NCBI GenBank assembly: GCA_050084985.1
Contig: JBITNC010000001.1
Location: forward strand, 117,056,001-117,120,000
DNA length: 64,000 nucleotides
Direction of reading: 5' to 3'
DNA from: Nageia nagi
Lineage: Eukaryota > Plantae > Pinophyta
Shown: positions 25,047 to 37,900 of the stretch, piece after piece
How the letters are laid out: each line of letters opens with the position of its first letter
Numbering within the stretch: the stretch's first letter is position 1
Notes under the pieces: generated by a model
Told to the model about the DNA's origin: nothing
What the model saw: the letters and a program-made list of their open reading frames with translations, nothing else
Databases searched by the model: none
Made by a program: the position numbers and the translations under genes

Positions 25047-26359
25047 TGTGAGCCTTCTCTACTTCATGTCTAAGAGAACAACACAAAGTTAGAAGAGTCC
25101 CAAGAGGCTTATGGCACTTTCTAGACAGGCAAAGAGAGATTTTGAAAAATTTGAATTTTTGGATTTTTTTACTCTAAGTGTACCATCATCGAAAAATGTC
25201 AAAATTTGGAAGGTTCAAGGCCTTTTGGGTGAGTTTGGAATGACATAAAGGTAACTGACTCAAAGAGAAATGCCTTGGAAAAAATTTAGGACATTTGGAG
25301 AATTCTCAATTTTTAGCTCAAAAAGTTGACTTTTCCAATAGGAAAAAAGTGTGAAATTTGGCAAACTAGCCAAATGGTGCTAGAATCGAGTTTTAACACC
25401 TTAGATGGATGGGGAATGAGTGGGGAAGGTGTTTTAAACTTTCAGACAATCAAAACGGACTGGAAAAACACTTTTTGAAGTTTTTGGAAAAATTTCTGGA
25501 TTTTTTTGAATTTTTTGTAAACAGATGAGGATTTTAGGCACTCAGATCTTGGATCATATGTATTTCTTTTGTTTTTTTGCTGAAAATAAAAATTGATCAC
25601 AAGGATAAAGGGTATCCAAAAAAGTGATCAAACTTGAAATCTGCAAAAAACTTTTTTCAAGTGCTTGAGGCTTGGGAAAATGGGGTTTTGGTATGAAAAA
25701 TCCTCAAAACTTAAAAAATGGAGTTCATGTGGGATGGAGGATATTGGATCTTGGAGTATAATGGAGTTTGGATGGATGGCAAAGATGCTAAGTGTTATAT
25801 CATGCTCCAAAGGTGAAAATGACTTTTTCCGTCACTTCAACTCTCCAATTCTTAAAAATTTTGGCAACATAAGGGTGCAAAATGGGAGTAGTGAGTGAAA
25901 TGGAGGGGTATATGGGTGTATTTATAGACTTAGGGGTGAAAAGGTGCAAAATGTCAACACCACATCAACCCTAAGTATAAATTATGCATTTTTGGCTTTT
26001 TCCTCTAATGCCCAATGTTGGGAAAGTGGAGTAAGATGGGGAAAAGGGGCAAAACCTGTGCCTAAGTATGGAGGGAGCAGATTTGGTCCAATGTGGGGGC
26101 TCTTGGAAGAAAAGATGATGTATTTTGGATGCTCTTCAACCTCCATACTTCAAATATGGATTTCAAATTTTGAGATTTTTGGGAAAAAATATCCAAATTC
26201 TTGAGTTTTCATCCCTTCGATCCTTTTTGAATGAAAAAAGGTGGTTTTTGGGAGTTTTTATGGACCAAATTGCACAAGTGAGAAACCAAAGTGGTGTAGA
26301 ATCACACCACCTATCACATGGAAGCATTAAAGGTCACTTTTGAGCAATTTTGAGGGCCA

Positions 26360-27620
26360 AGGAGCTAGGCACAGGTTTTGAGCATGTTTGGAACTTTGGT
26401 GAAATGGCCCAAAACTTTCAAAACTCCCCCTTAACTTTTTGGAAGGCAAATCTTGAGTTTTTTTGCAATCTTGCAAGAGGCAAAGATGCTTAGAATTTGA
26501 TTTGCCACCCTACCTTTCTCTCCAATTTTAATTTTGACAATTTTGGAAAATTTTCAAGCTCTCCCATTGGCTGATCCAAATTTTGTGATTTTCAGGGAGT
26601 AGATCCATTTTTTTCCAAAAACTTAAAACATGAAACTTGTTCAAAATTGGATTTCCAATGCTCCTAGGATGAAAAATTTCAACTTTCAAGCATTTTTGAG
26701 CCCTCCCAAGCTTGGTGCAGGTTTTGGGACTTTTGGGCCAGCTTGGAAATTTGGGAAAAGCAGGGAAAACTCCTAAAACTGCCGCCTAGCTTTTTGAGGG
26801 GCATAATTTGATTTTTTTGCAAAATTGCAATAGGCAATATTGCTTACAGTTGGATTTGGCACCCTACCTCTTTCTCCTTTTTTTGATTTGGCCAATTTTG
26901 GAAAATTTAGAAAATTTTGGAGCTTTCTCATTGGCTGATCAAATTTTGATGATTTGAGGAAGTAGATCTCATTTTTTTGGAAAACTCAAATCATCAAACT
27001 TGTGTGAAATCCCATCCTACACCCCATGGAGATCAAAAATTTCAATTTTTTACATTTTTAGGGTGCAAGAATGGTAGGCGCAGGTTTTGGGAGGAATAGA
27101 CCATTTTCAAAATTTGGTCAAACAAAGGAAAAGAGGCAAAACCAACACCTAGCTTTTGAGGGGTGTTTCTTGACTTTTTTCGAAAATTGCAAGAGAGAAG
27201 ATGCCTAAAATTGGATTTGGCACCCTACCTCTTTCTTGGATTTTCATTTTGACATTTTTAAAATTTTGGAAAATTTGGAGCATTCCTGTTGGCTGTCCTT
27301 TTGCTCATTTTCCTTTTTTTGCACTTTTGGTGGAGCAAAACTCATTGAAATTACGAACTTGAAAGATCAATTTGATGTAGAATCGCGATCTCCATTCTCC
27401 CATGCTCAAAAATTCCACTTTTCGATCAATCTGGACCTCCCAAAAGGTAGGCGCAAGTTTTCAAGATAATAGACCATTTTCCAAATTTGGTGAACTAAGG
27501 GAAAACTTGCAAAACTTCCCCCTAGATTTTTGGGGGTCAAAACTCGAGATTTTTCGATAATTCCAAGAGCAAAGTGGCCTTAATTTCTCATTTGGCACCA
27601 CACCTCTCTCGGATTTTCAT
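26360..27620. repeat. ~350-bp period degenerate tandem repeat (4 units) in B3
   Basis: (a/g)ggcgcaggttttg...aaaac.gc.cctagcttttt...gatttggcaccctacctct recurs near 26365, 26710, 27073, 27446. Confidence 0.75.
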
Positions 27621-30600
27621 TTCAAGCATTTTGAAAAAATTCATTTTTCGGGGTTCAACCAAAAGCTTCTCAGATGCCAAAACGCTTATTTTTCTATTTT
27701 ACCGCCCAAAGGGCGCTCAAATTTGCTTTTCGGATCCATTCCAAGCTATACTGCACATTCCTAGCCTTTCTCGTCTCTTACAGGCCCAAACAATGCATTT
27801 TGACCATTTCCAGCATTTTCAAACATTTCCAAGCTCGAACGGTGAAAAAATTATCAATTTTGGCATTTCGAGCTCAAAGTCTACATTTCCAGGCTTTCTA
27901 GACTCAAGATATGCAAAAAAATCATTGCTAGCATTTGCGGGCATTTCCGAGCACTTTGAGCTGAACTTTGCATTTTCAGTCATTTCCAAGCATTCTAGGC
28001 TCAAACTGTGCAAAAATGCACTTTTTCACCGTACTGACCAATTCCAGGCTCAAAATTGACAAAAACGCGCTTTTCTATGCTCCGGGCTCAAATTTGATGA
28101 AAACACGCCTTTTGGCCATACTTGTCTTTTCTGAGTTCAAATTGTGCAAAAATGCACATGTTCATCATCTTGATTGTATTCACTACTCTCGAGCTAAAAC
28201 TTGACAAAAAACAATCATTTTGTCACCTTGGCACCTTTTTTGCTCAAACTTGCAAAAACGACAACTTTTTCTCCCTAATGGCCATTCATTCAAAACTCCA
28301 TTGTCTGATCACTATCGTCACCCAAAACTCCATCCTGTGAGATGTCACTTGAAACCGGGCCTTGATTTGGCCACTGACTGCGCTGAACTCTCTTCATGAC
28401 TCTAGGGCATGCTCGCACACTATTTGATCATCTAGCCGCTCTAGGTCTCTATACTGGCCGTAGGTTGATCATGCCTAGGCAATGTAGCTCATTGCCATTG
28501 CAAAACATTGGGTCCCCAAAATGCTGCATCTTGAAGTGTGTTGTGTGGGCACAACAGGTTCATTGATCTCATGGAACTGTTATGCTGCTCAAAGGTATTT
28601 TATCTTCAAAAGTAAATTTGCATAGGTGATATCCATCGCACTTCCAAATGTCGCTAAAGGGAGATGTATTATTATAGTACTTTGCAGTCTTATCCATTTG
28701 TGCCATAAATCACGTGGTTGAAATTTCCCATGTGCTATATTCAGGAAGCTTTTCACTGCACTCACAAACCTAAATCTGTATACACTGGTCATAAATATTG
28801 TTTATCTCCGTTAAAATGCTGAATGGAATAAAACAGAAATGCACAGATTCTAAAGTCCTATGCATCTTATATTTGAAACAATTTATCAAATGAACACAAC
28901 AGAAAGGACTCATTCAATCTACGGAGTTTCAAGGAATAAAAGTTCAATACATGATGAACATCGCTGCAAATTCTGGAAAGCACTTATTCAAGTTTGTAAT
29001 GTTGTCAATTTTGAGAGATCTTATTAAAGGCATAACTTTCGCCACAAGTCATGGATTGTTGATTCTTCTTCTGAAATGGATAGAGCATCTGTTGCCAGTT
29101 ATTTTGACTGGTTACACGACATCGTATCATCAGTAAATGAAAGAGATATTACATTTTGAAATCCGCCTCCTGGACCAAACTATAATCGCACGCACAGAAA
29201 TTCACAATTTTGTATTAATGTCTCTAGGAGTGAGACATCCCTCTTCTAGGGATATGAAGTAGTGATTTATTGTATTTAGGAGTGAATTATGTAATTAAGA
29301 GTATTTTGTCATTTGGGCCAAACTATTATGTCTCTAGGAGTAAGACATCCCATGATCTAATTGTAAGACAACGTGGGGCATCCATCTTTGCATGAGGTGA
29401 GATCTAGCTTCCACAATGGGATGTCCAGCCATAAGAGAGAGAAACGCACCATGAATACATCATCTTTGGCATTTGATCATCTTCTACTCTTGGAGTCTTG
29501 GCGTGTAAACAGCTCTATTCCTCTTATTGGACAAAAACCCATAAAGAGAGGGTTTAGTAGGACGGGAACCCTACTAGATCTAAGGCTAAGGATGAAAACC
29601 CTTGATCTCATCTAGTGGCATTTTGAGGCATCATTCCTCCTTTGGTTCCATGCATGAAGATCTCCTTCATTGATGCATCCAAGTTTGAAGGAATGTTGAT
29701 ATTGCAATTTCAGCTCAAATTCGTGGGTTAGAGGCCCTAGCAATGTGATGCCAACATTCTTGGTGCAATTGTGGTTCCTAGCATACCAGATCTAGTCCCT
29801 TGAGCCAGACGTCCAACCTTAGGTCATCATTGGATGATTTTTGTGGCATTCTACTAGCATCATTAAAGCAACATATTTCAGATCTAATTTTGTTGCTGCA
29901 GAAATAAATTTGTTTGTGTTTGGAATTGGAAATTTTGAGCAAAATAATATTTTTCCTGATTTGGGACATTACAATGGTATTAGAGCTGGATTCCTGCCAA
30001 CCTATGAAGAGATCAATTCAGATGGAGGACAGACATAAGAAGAGAAAGGGTTCAATCAATATTGAACAAAAACTTGATGTTTTGGTAGATATGATGACCA
30101 CATTACTAGCTGAGTTGAGAACCTCTCATACGACGTCAGGAGGTGATTCGGCTAGGGCAACAACGCATAGATCTATGTCAGATATGGAGAAGAGGACACT
30201 ACCACACTTTCACAAATCCGGATTCGCATGGGAACAGGATCTAGGAGGAGGATAACCCTTTTTGTATAGATCAAGGTTTGCAAGAGATCCAAGAGAAGGA
30301 GAAAGTCCGACATGGAGTACAACTGGGCGCCCACCACCCATGCATCCACCACACTTGCCTAGGTTGCCCAGGCCCATGTTCCTTCCTAGGCAAGAGGATG
30401 ATATGGATTTTCTGACTCCATTGGAGTTGGATGCCCTATTTCACAAATATGAAATTCGGAAAAATTCAAGGCTTTAATCAGTTTTTCGGATTACTTAGAG
30501 ATCTTGGGGAAAAGAGTGGTTGGAAACAATTGGCCATGAAGATGTCAGGAAGATGAGGAGTTGAGTTGGATGAGAGTCCCGTGGTATGAAGATGAAGACA

Positions 30601-30998
30601 AATCAGATTTGGCACTACATGGATCTGTTTTTTCTGAATTTGAAAAAGAAAAATCATACTCGTATGGGTTTGGAGCTGTCCTTGATCAAGAACATAACAA
30701 GGAAACCCGTTGGAGTTTCCAACATCCATTTTCAAGCCACCAATAGAGAAGTCCAGATATAGTGAGGTCATGGAGGAGTGTTGTGCATAGATCCAGATAT
30801 TTCGGCCTTGGAAAGGGGCATCCACCCTCTAGGGCATCATTTATGCCATTCTGAGACTTGGAACTGCCATGATGATACCACAAAAAGGTATGGAGTTCAT
30901 TCTGATTTTTTGGACAGCAGCTCATTATCTTGGCATAGCTTTCACTTTCATGAAGTAACCGTTGAAAATGAGGAGCAGACATTGTTCAATGGAAGCAC

Positions 30999-33900
30999 TT
31001 ACCCTATCCAACGGTATCCTAGCTCCCACTTCTTGCAATGGAAGCACTTACCCTCTTGTCTAAGCTTCTTCCTAGTAGCAGCATCCAATTGATCCGATCC
31101 AGGTGCGGGGGCTGCCTTGCCCTTATTAGGCCCTTTCCACATCCGTTGCCTTGGTGGTGCCTTGTTGGCCGATCCTCCCCCAAGCGATTTCACGGTAGGC
31201 TCCAAGTCATATGTTGCTCGAATGGCATGATCTAAGGTCTTGGGATATAAAACCTTGACCATCCCCCTCAACGGTTCGGCCAACCCCTCAATGAACATGA
31301 ATGTCAATCTCTCCTCAAGAATGTGGTGGATCATTACAGCCAGCATTTGAAACTCCATCACAAACTCATCCACCGTCTCTGTTTGCCTCAAAGAGTTCAG
31401 ATCTTGGAAGCAGTCATTCTCCTTCTTCCAATCGAACCTCTTCACCAACCTTTTAGTGAACTCCTCAAACGTGGTGATATGGGCATAGCCTTGACTCACC
31501 ATGCCATGCCACCACCACTCCAATGCATCTCCTTCTAGGTGCAAAGATGCAAAATTGATGCCTTCCTCCTCCATCATGCTAGGGTTCAAAACAAAGTATG
31601 TCTGCAATTGGTGCACCTAGGCTCTTGCCGTCAAACGTGGGCAGTTGCTTCTTGCCGATCTTGTGTTGTAGCTCTCTTTTCCATCCCACTGCCCTCCTGA
31701 CTGACATTGGCCATGTGAGCCACCCTTCAACCCTAGTAGCTCCAGATAACTGCTGAAATTGATGTCTCGCCTCACATCCGAATGCAACAGGTTGTAATCT
31801 CTATTATGCTTGTTCAGTTCTAGCGCACCTAGCACCCTTGCCCTCAAGTCGTCTCCTCCTTTAGACGTAAACATGGGCTTGTTCGGTCTAAGAATGATTG
31901 GCTGATCATCCCTTCCTCCAACGTTGGTCTCCAAGTAACACTTGAGAAGGGGGCTTTCCTGCTGAGGCATACGTTGTGACTGGGATCTCCGGAATTGTGG
32001 TACAAATTGCTCCCTGTATCCCTGGATGGAATCCTTATCCCTCATGCTCCTAGATCTCCTCAACGAATGCTCACCATCCATCCGATCTCCCTCCGAAGAC
32101 TCTTCGGAGTCATTCTCATCCAAACATGGAGGTGGGGTGGCTTCCTTGGCATGACGTGGGGTCCTAAAACCCTCATTTCCCTGTCGTGACCCCTCTTGGC
32201 CTTCATCATGCTCACGTGGGCCTTCATGGCCTCCCCTATCACCTTGTGCGGCTCGGAAACCCCTCTGGGAATGGCGTAGATCCGGATCTTCATTATCCTC
32301 CACTCGTGGACCTACTCCCTCGTCCCTAGTCCTTCGTCCATGCCTTCTCCTATCTGAATCATGTTGGAAAGGCTCTGGATCATTCTAGACATGGCACCTT
32401 ACTCTCGGCTCTTCTCTTCCTTGCCATCTCTGTCGATCTCCTTCCTCTTCTTCGCCCCAATACCGATCCAATCTTTGCTCCAAGGATTGCATGGTTCCTA
32501 TCATGCTATGCAATGCTGAGATCAAAGCCCTAAACTCCCGTTTCGGTGTGCATCCCAATTTCTCCTCCTCTCAACCAAGGATTCTCCGACGCAGCTCCCT
32601 CACATTCCCTCTCCAAGATCTCTATCTCCTCTTCAATCCAATGTCTAGGCCCTTCTTCTTAGCGGCCATCTTCATACCTCCCTCCCTTCTTGGCGGAAGA
32701 CATCTCTCTCTTATTGGATCTCATGTAATAGCAGTGGATCTTGGGTCTCATACAACAAGCTGGTAAGATCTAGGCTCTAATACCACTTGTGACGATCTAA
32801 AATCACTCTCAGTACAAATGACTCCAACTATGCAACTCAAACCCTCAACAAATGAAACTAGCACACCTACATTAGGCCCTTAGGGCACCATAACACCCCA
32901 CAATGCAAACGTGAGCCAGCCAAGGCCTCCACACAACCCCTACACCCAAACATCAGCCCTCTAGGGCACACAGTAACACTTGGCACCTCAACGAATGTAG
33001 TAACCCACCCCTAATCTGTTTTTTTTTTTTTTCCTTCTATTTTGTGTTTCTGGTTTTTATGGTTTTTTCTGGGTTTTTGCAATGCACAGTGTAAAATATG
33101 GACAGCCTTTTAAAAACAATTTAAAAAGCTTTCAACTTGATAGAAGAGACATATAATATCATAACAATACATCTACAAAAGATTTGCAACAATGCATCAA
33201 TCTTAAACTGTACCCAAATTGCTAATATAACAGTTCTGCTGAAATAAATTGTTGTTACAGCCATGTGAAATGTATAGGTTGCTGCAAATACCTTGTGTTT
33301 TGAGAAGGGCTTCAAAACTCTTCAAAATTTGCACTTCTCCCAGCAAAACCAATAAACCATATATTAAAACATACCAAACAACCTCTAGTACTGTAGCATG
33401 GCACTGTAGTAGAGTACTATAGCGCGGCACTGTAGCAGGCTTTTAAAAATCCTTCTTACTACAACTAATCTCTTCACAAAACTCTAAAACTCACCATCAA
33501 CTTCTCTATTTAAGCACAAAATGCACTCTTTGTATGAGGATGCCAATAGATTATCTAGGGATGATCTTTCACACCCGAAGACAATATTCTTTGTGGAAGA
33601 TTTTGTCCCCACAAAGCTTGAAACCCTTGCAAACAGTATGTTGCAAGTTTCTCTCCAAATCCTTGTTCTCACACATAACACATGATATCCAAAATGAGCC
33701 CCCAAAGAGTCTTTTATCCTCTTTTTATCCAAATCCACACCACACTTCATTTAAAGATATTAAATATTATTTTCCTCTTTAATTTCCCAAGTGGGTGTCC
33801 CCTTTAAATGTTTTTTCCATAAGGTCACTTTATCATAAAGTATAATTATTTCGTCACTTAAGGGGCCATTACACTTTATCCTTTAATTTTAACATTATAA

Positions 33901-34997
33901 GTTAAATATTTAATTTAACTTAGAAAATAATGTTAAATATCATATATTTTGCCGCAAGGATAATTTTCACCAACTGATTGAAAGAATGAACAAAGTCAAT
34001 GCCCAGACGTACTTACTAAAAATAGTAATTATGTCTCGTATCGAAAACGAACTCCGAAACTGGCAAAAGATAACTTGTAACCCGAGGGAAGTCTAAATCA
34101 ATCACCAATGAACTTCCTAACCATATTATTAGCCTACAGGAGTCCGTGAGTAGGCTAATCTCCATGTCCTCGATATCTGCTTAGGAAGGGGCATTACAAC
34201 AAATGCCTCACAGATATGAACACAACACAATGTAGCTTCCAACACCAATATACAAGAGACAACACATACACATCAACGAACAACACAATGGAGAGAGACA
34301 CAAGCTATATTATATCATGGAATAACAATGGAGTACAATGAGAATCTCAACATCCAGATCTAGGGTTCCAAACCCTTGTACAAGCCGAACACCACACGAA
34401 AGACCAACTCCCTCAGACTCCAATCCTCTCTTGCGAAGGAGCCTTCTCGAACCCTGGATAACCACTAAAGGTAGAAGCGCCCCCTCGGAATACCACCGGA
34501 TGGACTAGGTGACCCACCTAAGTCGTAGAGTGCCAGGCTCTCAACCCTATCACCCCTCTAGACACCACCTAGGAAGAATGCTCGACACCACCAAGACTTG
34601 CAAGCCCGATAGGGTTCAATGTAATATAAGTATAATCAATAGCTAACCTCATCATGGAGCTCCATCCTCAATATATAGCCTCTCGTGTCTATCCAACATG
34701 ACTTGATATCATCCCAAGCCAAGTCTATTCCAACGTTGGGGTCAACAGGTCAACCATGCCAACGTGAATGTCATATTGGCCCAATATGCTAACGTGGGGG
34801 TCCCATGGGCCCAATGTGTCAACGTGGGGGTCATAAAGTCCCTCAAGGCTGACGTGGGGTCTAGGTGGCCTCATAAGCCAGCGTGGGGTATGTGGGGCCC
34901 TCCCAACATTGCTATGCTCCTCCATGCACTCTCACCTACACAAGACTCATACCTATCTAGGGATTCCCACAATCCAGGATAACCCAATACAAACTAA
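30999..34997 (-). mobile_element. Ty3 element (family D): truncated 5' LTR (32788-34997, split by E), PBS 32774-32785, gag pseudogene 30999-32303
   Basis: Gag motifs ASLHLEGDALEWW, LRQTETVDEF and zinc knuckle CFHCKKWELGY; PBS tggtattagagc; LTR matches the solo LTR at 52721-53997. Confidence 0.8.
32996..34198. mobile_element. Solo LTR (family E) inserted in LTR D
   Basis: tgtagtaaccc...gggcattaca; TSD acgaa/acaaa. Confidence 0.65.
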
Positions 34998-37900
34998 CAC
35001 AGCAATTTCAAGATTTATCTCAGCATATTGTATGCCCTAGTTGGCTCCTTGGAGACCAATGTTGAAACCTCTTGGGCTTGTTCAGTATTGTACTCTTCAT
35101 TTATCATTAATTGAAGCCGTGGCATACTTGGATCTCACTTCTTGTCTCAATATTTGATGTTCATGCTTCCTTATTTGCAACGTTGAGCTATTTTTGTATG
35201 CAAATGCTTGTATGGTGAATCGTTGGCATTCCTGGATGTGTTTTGCATAATATCAATATATGAATCCCCAAGTGTGGTGTTGGGGTATAGGAGTGGAATT
35301 GAGCTAGTAAGGTGCATCGTTTGGCTTCCTAGCTTGTTGTTACTCATGTTTGATGCCCTAGTGTAGTTTGTGGCATGCTTAGGAGCATTATATGATATTG
35401 ATTTTGCATTGGCTTGGCTAATTTGTGTGTTGAGCATATTTGGAAATATTACAATGGTATCAGAGCTTGGATCTGGCCAGCCTATGAATGAGACATACTG
35501 TTCATAATTATTATACCAGATCCAACACCAGAAAGGATATGTCTTCGGCTAAGAAGGGTGGAAAAGGGATGTTACCAGAAGAAACTTTCGCCAGAACCAC
35601 TCAAAAGATGATCGCAAACCATGGATGGAGTACGTCCAAGATAGGGAGCCCTTTGGTAAAGAAAATTCAGCCAGGACAAGCAGATCCCCATCGACCGGAA
35701 GAAGAAGATCTACTCCAGCCAAGGAGTCTACGCCAGAAAGAAAATTCAATGAACTTCTTGCGGCCATGAGGAGTATGACGGAGGTAGTGAAAAATAGATC
35801 GGCCAAATTGGATGCTTGGTTCGGAAAGAAGGAAGCTCCGAGACAAAACGTGCGCCCCCCACGTTCTATTCTGGATGAGGAAGAAGAACCAAGAGAGGAT
35901 GATAGAATTGAGAAAGAGCCCAATTTAAGGAGATCGCACAGCTTGAGGGATAGAGGGTCCACTCCTCATGGATCCATGAGTCACCAAGAGCATGCATTTA
36001 TGAGGTCCCATTCTCATAGGGCACCATAGGGGAGAAACCCTCTCCTAGGGAGGTTCTTGGAAGAAGACATTGGGAAGATAAAAGAGCAGCCCATCATTCC
36101 CACACCATCCAAGCCCACGTTCGCCAAGAGATCTGCAAATGAGGTAAAAAATTGGGTCTCGAATCCCCTTGAGGGAGGTAGTTCTCATGACACCCACTAA
36201 GAGGGAGCTACAACAACAAATTAACAAAATGCAGGTTCCAATGTATGATAGGAAGAAGATGACAACTAGCGCTTAGCTCCATCAGCTTCAAACATACTTC
36301 ACCTTGAGTCCAAACATGGTGTAAGAAGATGCAATCCATTTTACATCATTGCATTTTGAGGGAGATGCTCTCGAATGGTGGCAGCATGAAGTAATTAGCC
36401 AAGATTATTTTCATATCTCCTCTTTTGATGCATTTGCTAGGAGGTTAGTAAAACTGTTTGACAAAAAGAAGGAGAATGATTATTTCAGAGAGCTTACATC
36501 CTTGAGGCAACAAGGTACAGTGGATGCTTTCGTTTTAGATTTTCAGAAAATAGCAATCATGATCCACAACATTTCAAAGGAGAGATTGACCTTCATCTTT
36601 GTAGAGGGGTTGATGGAACCCTTGCAAGGGATGGTAAAAGTATCAAGGCCAAAAACCCTTGATGATGCAATCAGGGCAGCCTACGATTTGGAGCCGACTA
36701 TGATCACCTTCAAAGGTGTACAAACGCATAAGGGGCAGTCATACGGAAAACAGCAGCAAAGAAGGAGGGAACCAGCAAGTTCAAACCCATTCCCCCTCCC
36801 CGGACGAGCCAGATGGAGGCAACCACTAGGAGAAAGCTGAGGGAAGAAGGCAAATCCTTTCACTGCAAAGAGCCATGGAAGCCAGGGCACCGTTGTCAAG
36901 GTAAAGGACAAGTGCATTACATCAAGGTTCTTCCAGACGATGAAGATGAAGATGAAGATTTAGAGCTTGGCATGGACATGTTGGATCAAATTGATGCACC
37001 CAAGGCAGAGGCATCTCTTGGGAGTATGATTGCTTTACTCAATGGAACAAAGAAATACCTCACTTTGAAGGTAATTGGGCAAGCAGGTGGGCAAGATGTA
37101 ATGGTCCTAATAGACCCCGGTGCTACTCATAATTTTATTGATAGAGACTTTGTGAAGAGAGGATCTAAGACCAAAGGGTTCGAAGGATTCAGAGTTTCCA
37201 ATGCCAAATGGGAAACTTACATTAGTGTACCAAATCGTGGAAAGATTTGGGGTGAGACTGCAGAGTTACATAGTTAGGGAAAACTTTTATGTGTATCCAC
37301 TTAAGGGGCATCCTCACATTATCTTAGGTGTGCAGTGGTTGCTTGAATTGGGTGACATTCGCAACAATTACAGGAACCTAACTATGAGCTTCGATATTGA
37401 TGGTAAGACCCCCACTTTGCAAGGAATCAAGGATGAATGCCCACATATCACTAATAAGAGATTGGAAGCGATTTGGCCACACCATGAGGAAGAAGAGAAG
37501 CAAGATGAGCTAACATTGGGCAAGGAGGCAGTTTGGCACCCCACGTTGGACATGAAGGTTTGGCACCTAACGCTGGGCAAAGAGGAAGTTTGGCACCCCA
37601 TGTTGGACATGAAGGCTTGGCACCCAACGTTGGACAAGGAGGAGATTTGACCACCCACGTTGAGCATCAAGGGGTCCTAGCACCTAACGTTGGGCAAGAA
37701 AGGAGTATGGCACCCCATGCTGAACATAAAAGAGAATTGACACTCAACGCTCGATATAGGAGGAGCTTGGCACCCAACGTTGAGCTTGGGGAAGTCTTGG
37801 CATCTATCTAGGAGCAAAAGCTCCACTTTTTCTCACTCATGCTTGCTCTTTTTCATGTTTTTGTAGGGATATTTTTCAAGATTCTTCCAAATACTCACTA

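Larger units (their letters stand above)
20614..28556 (-). mobile_element. Giant ORF-carrying solo-LTR-like element, divergent copy B3 (7943 bp)
   Basis: TGTTGGGATG (20614)...GGGCACAACA (28556); perfect 5-bp TSD ggttc/ggttc; same layout as B1/B2. Confidence 0.88.
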
